DNA of 64,000 nt from Azolla caroliniana (Eukaryota; Plantae; Polypodiophyta): positions 5,394,001 to 5,458,000 of the forward strand of contig JBHGNT010000002.1 in NCBI GenBank assembly GCA_043228905.1, given 5' to 3'. Both the position numbers and the translations under genes were made by a program. Position 1 is the first letter of the stretch. Each line of letters begins with the position of its first letter. Positions 59,401-64,000 of this stretch are shown in pieces. The notes below the pieces were generated by a model. The model did not search any database, was not told where the DNA came from, and worked only from the letters and a program-made list of their open reading frames with translations.

Positions 59401-62400
59401 CTCCAAATTCTATGAGATAAGTCAATAATGTTGTAAAAGAGAGACCATTTCCATTCAAGAGCATTGATTTTAATTATTGACATTGGAGAAAACAAGCATT
59501 ACCTGAGAGAAGTATCATATGATCCTGTTGAGATGAACCTGCAAAATCCGGTAGAAAGAGGAAGTGAGAAATGTGATAGCTGGGGTTCTACTGCTTCCTA
59601 TAAAATTTAAAGTTTGCAGGCTTAAAATTTGATGCCCATTATGAAAGAAAATGCCTCATTCACTAGAACACATGTTGAATCTTTTCATCTGGCAGCTGGA
59701 ATTATTTACACAGGAAACAGAAATTGCAAGAAATATATTTGATTCCTATCAATTTCGTACATTAGTAAATTTTCTGCATGTAAAAGAACCTTGGCTGATT
59801 AGAAAATAAAACTTTTCTGAAGTACTGGGTCAGATAGCAGCCAGAACAAAATAACAAACACTGGGTGAGACAGAGACAGAATAAAACTTGAGTGTCAAAA
59901 TATTCCAAATCTGATGCAATGAAGGGATAAATTTGACCTTGGATGAGTACCAATAACTGCACTGACCCAGTCCTTATGATCCCGAGGCTTCTCAGGTTTA
60001 GGTGGCCCAACGGCATAAGCATATTCTATAGTCAGGGTGGATTCCTAGTTCATCACAATGCAAGATATCAGTGAGAAATATTGCCAAATTCATTATTATC
60101 ACATATACATGTTGTAGAAGAAAGCACCAATACATACAGCTGATAGATTTTTGCTCAGCAAAAGTTGTTCTAGAGAAGTTCTAAGCAACTCATTGTCAAC
60201 AAGGAAATCAAATGGTGTTGGTTTATCTGAAACAACATGAAATGGAATCAAATTAAATACATAAGAGTAAGAGATCAGAAAACCCCTCCAAATTCCAAAA
60301 AATAAACATCTTGCACACCATCCACAAAACAAAAACATGTTTAATAATTGTGAATTGATTCTATAAAGATAGCTTCCCAGAACACTCTTACAACATACTT
60401 TCATGTTGTGGTAGCTTAAATATTGGGCTGAACTACTTTTTTTGTAAAAGGTATTGTATCATATTATGACATATAAACAATATGAAGATTACACAAAGGT
60501 GGAAAAGAAAGCATCCTGAGTTATCTGAACACTCTTATCAGAGGAAGGAATCATCAGAAGACCCTCATATATGAACACATATCTATCCCATTCATTGCAC
60601 AGTGTGATAGGGCAGCTACAGACATCTTCATATCAATTAGAGATTGATGTAGGCAGATATGCACCCACACCCCTAGAAGAAAGAATTTTCCAATAATGTC
60701 ATCAAGGAGTGGAATTTGACGAGCACTATGTTTGTAACTATACAGTTTTTTATGAAATAAGAGGGAGATAACATTGCCTCTTTTACCAAGGCTTTGGCCC
60801 ACTATCCAAGGTAATTAAATATGAGGATTAGTGGTGCTTGGGTCTGTTAGAAATCAAGAGACAAGGAGAATTGTTGAAAGGACAACAATACAACCACACA
60901 AGCTCATCAACAAAGAACAATCACAACTTTCTTTGGCCCCATCACCCCTACTTATGATACAAGTCAATCAAGGGCTACTTAGTGGGCCCCTGATTAGGAC
61001 ATTGCAAACGAGTTACAAAACATTGGGCAATATTAAACCATCATGCACATACGCTGAGGTCTTGTGGACCACAATCTTGCCACCCTTGCCATTTATAGAT
61101 AACAACCATTATCTCTCACCATCGCAAGTTCTTCCATCACTTTGAGGTCTCCATTCTGGATCAAACAATGTGATTTTTTGAAGACAAAAATTACAATCTA
61201 TCTGAGTCGAGAATTTTACATCTATAGACAATGGGATTCTTTAGTCACTTCTATTTTTATTTAGTTAAATCTATTTTATTTTGTTCTTCTCAAAGAAGGG
61301 ACAACATGTCAAGATGTAATCTCTTGTATGATCATTTTGGCCTCTTAAAGACATTCTTTCTTTCTTTCTCCTCTCTCTGTCTCATCCATATAAATCATGG
61401 GTTATATTTGCGCATGAGAGAGAGGGGGAGGGGATTACATATATATCAGGATGTGCACACCTCATACAATCATCATCATGGGTGATACGTATCATCATCC
61501 CATATCATTCGCAATATGTGCCATTGCATTATTTGTCCTGTATTTGATACTTACAAGAGACTACTTCTGAATACTTAATAGGCTGGCATAGGCCTCACGT
61601 AGACATCATCATGTAATTTCTTTGGTCTAATAGGTCATGTCGGCCTTTCGAACAAATAAAAATAAATTATACCTCTACATTCTGTAATTTCTTTGGTGTC
61701 ATATGCCATTTTGTCCATTTCAAGATTCCCCTCTCTATCTCTATCTATTTTTCTTTTAATATTGCATAATAAAACTCTTGCATCCAGGCATTTTGGCTAG
61801 AATTAACTTCCAAGAGTTGGGTGACACGCATGTAAATCATTCAAGTTTCCTTATAAGTGTTTCAGTATTGCATGCAACGCCCTTTCTGGATGGGAGCCTA
61901 TCCATAGCTAGGAAACTCTATCCTTTGTAAAAGCTTTCTCATAGGCCAGTTTTTGGCCTTTATTAGAGGTAACAAATCTTTTTCTTCTCGCCCTACCTCT
62001 ACTGCTCATGTACTTCTTCTTTTTTATCATAAGCCATTCCGGTTATTTGAAAACTTTAGTATAACATCGTTCTGATGTAATTTCTTTGTTCTCACGAGTA
62101 ATTGAAGCCATCTGGCCATAAGTTGGTTTGGTCATTTACATCATATCATCCGAAGTCATAATATTCAGATAAAGCAAGTTCAATTCTTTCCATGGGCTCA
62201 GCATTATAGTTATACAATAGTGGTAAGCCAAGTATTTTCATAACCCATACAATCATTTTACAAATCTCACTAATTGCATAAGCTTTTACTAGACGCCCTT
62301 GTGAAATGGAAGGGTAAATGCATGACCTTTTTCTTCTTCAAAAAACCTTATAAACAGAGCTACAACTGCGCCATCTCTCTCGTGTACAGATATACATACA

Positions 62401-62646
62401 CGTAACCTACATATGCACGAACACATACACATTGCAGATAGCAAATCAAACGCCTCCTTAATAAAGAAACATAATCAACAAAAGGATATAATACTATACG
62501 ATACCTAGTCCGAGCAGGGCATTGATGACCTCTGACAATCCATAGCGACCGAGGTGGGATGGAACAGAGAAAGGAGTGGTGGCCACACGAAGCTCGGTGG
62601 GGAGTTTGGTCACAAAACGGACCTGTATCTGTCTCTCCTCCGCCAT
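54311..62646 (-). CDS. WDR12: Ribosome biogenesis protein WDR12/YTM1 (NLE domain + WD40; ~429 aa, 14 exons)
   Basis: Exons 62646-62505, 60226-60138, 60044-59938, 59538-59503, 59409-59324, 59217-59159, 59070-58957, 58316-58179, 58087-57944, 57676-57568, 57494-57434, 57344-57269, 56521-56486, 54403-54311; total 1290 nt in frame. Motifs QVRFVTKL, RYGLSEVINALL, PFDFLVD.ELLRTSL, HKDWVSAV, SHKAWISACKW. Confidence 0.93.
54772..55117. repeat. ~121-bp tandem repeat, three diverged copies, in the last WDR12 intron
   Basis: GTA(G/C)GATGCCAACTC...TTTACACTGATGA units start at ~54772, ~54893 and ~55014. Confidence 0.88.
55150..55950 (+). mobile_element. 5'-truncated, decayed LINE RT fragment in a WDR12 intron
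   Basis: GLTVNPEKTKAMIF...VEVVDSYV*LGVTF matches the non-LTR RT C-terminal motifs (GL.IN..KTK, F.YLG). Confidence 0.75.
56387..56432. repeat. (CT)n microsatellite
   Basis: Direct reading. Confidence 0.9.
58470..58625 (-). mobile_element. Possible tRNA-derived SINE in WDR12 intron 7
   Basis: Minus strand shows an A-box TGGTCTAGTGG and a degenerate B-box AGATTCAACCC at tRNA-like spacing. No TSD identified. Confidence 0.45.
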
Positions 62647-63235
62647 GGCTCAAAAACAAAACCCTGTCTGTCTGTCTGTCTTCTTCTTCTTCTTCTTCTT
62701 CTTCTGCTAACCCCTTCTGTATATATACATACAGATTGCTAAACCTTCTTTATTTCCCCGCTTGCCCCTGAGTTTTCCTTTATTTCCCCGCTTGCCCCTG
62801 CCTATACATACGGTTTGCGGGGTTTATCGGTTCGGTTCGAGCCTTTATCGATTTAACCGTTTTTTATTTAAACGGTTTGAACTCATGGTTCAAAGTTCAA
62901 ACAGTTTTTGACGGTTTAGGATTGGCATTCCATCATTATCTTAAATATTTTTATCAAAATTTTAAGCCCAATTTTGATATTTTAAGAGAAATCTTTCAAT
63001 TTTTCTAAATAAAAATGTGAAGTTTTGAATTTTGACCTACCTTGAAAACCAAAACCGAATCGCGAAACCATGGTTTTAATTGTTTAACGGTTTGAATGTG
63101 CTCCCCGATGAGAGACTTGCCAGTGTGTGTCCGTTGTATTTGTTTCCCTACTAACCAGCTCCGATCTGTTCAACATCTACCTTTTTTGTTCATTAATAGG
63201 ATTTGTTGTTATTTGTCTATGTTTGCGCACGAGTT

Positions 63236-63237
<2 letters not shown>

Positions 63238-63285
<48 letters not shown>
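63238..63285. repeat. (CT)n microsatellite
   Basis: Direct reading. Confidence 0.9.
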
Positions 63286-63288
<3 letters not shown>

Positions 63289-63433
63289 CTTTCTTGGACT
63301 TTGGCATAGTGTCTACTTATGCGCCACATAGTAAGAGGTTGTCATCCCGCCCTCTAGAATCCGCAGTTTACCACCCCGAGCCCGTGTGCTCAACAAGCAA
63401 ACGGTCGACGTAGGGATTGCTTCAGCCTGCACA

Positions 63434-64000
63434 TGTCGCCGAAAGCCCGAGAGCTTGCCATCTGTAGGCCGAGAGTTCGAACTAATAACGAAGATCCCTT
63501 TTCGAGGGAGAGTTGGTATCCCCGTGGAGGCATACATTCGGAAGCATCTGGTGGACCGTACTTGCGAGTGGTCACGTCGATTGGTGAATGAGGAACGACC
63601 AGACCAATTGATCAAAAAGGACCAGTCAATTCCGATTTGTCCAATTGAGTCAGACAAGCCGGAATTAGAATCAGACGAGCCGACCGATAGTTGGGGTTCG
63701 TCGAGCTAATAGGTGGGCCGGTTCGGCCTGCAACGAAGCACCCAGCCTCAACTTCTATCATTGACCTCCTTGGTCCAGGACCCCGATGGTCTCGCCCAAG
63801 CATACCTACAAGCTGTATATTTCCGCGACATCTTTGGTGAACCCGACGTGAAAAGGTGGCAAGGGAGTTTTAGGATGAGAGGCAGTGAGCTCGCGGAAGC
63901 AATGACGGTGGCCGTTGACCGCCTAGTGAACGCTCAAGAGAGTGTCGGTGGTCTCCATGGGGCCATAGAATCTATAGTTGGCACATCAGGCCAATTTAAC
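63434..64000 (+). mobile_element. Start of another Trp-primed Gypsy (G1/G2-like)
   Basis: LTR end GCGACA at 63830; PBS 63835-63851; gag ATG at 63875 (..AIESIVGTSGQFN, compare AVECVVERVGRFNG in G2). The LTR start TGTCGC at 63434 is tentative. Confidence 0.75.

Noticed and set aside
60545-61500. Possible intronic C/D snoRNAs in WDR12 intron 1
   Set aside because: TGATGA/CTGA-like boxes exist, but spacing, terminal stems and rRNA-complementary guides could not be established.

Overview
Land-plant genomic DNA, probably a non-seed plant or bryophyte (inferred from the Tcn1-like and Phygy-like elements). Bases 1-37.9 kb are a nest of LTR retrotransposons up to five layers deep, most with recoverable LTRs, PBS/PPT and target-site duplications. 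A decayed Copia hosts a tRNA-Trp-family non-chromovirus Gypsy. That Gypsy hosts an inverted Gypsy (itself hit by a Copia), a very young Copia with TG...TA ends, and a gag-only relative. The gag-only element hosts a composite of two self-priming chromoviruses. Four solo LTRs sit within the nest. Bases 38-44 kb are decayed TE and intergenic DNA. Bases 44-63 kb hold two convergent intron-rich genes, a YLPM1/ZAP3-like P-loop protein (+) and WDR12/YTM1 (-), followed by the start of another Trp-primed Gypsy. The most striking signal is at 18.9-24.7 kb: the junctions of the two-chromovirus composite fall at the predicted self-primer boundaries and read like a fixed primer-plus-minus-strand-cDNA intermediate. 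Other highlights are -1 frameshift/pseudoknot signals in two Gypsy lineages (one placed after the protease) and perfect heat-shock-element arrays in the chromovirus LTRs. All calls were made by eye; no alignments or database searches were run.
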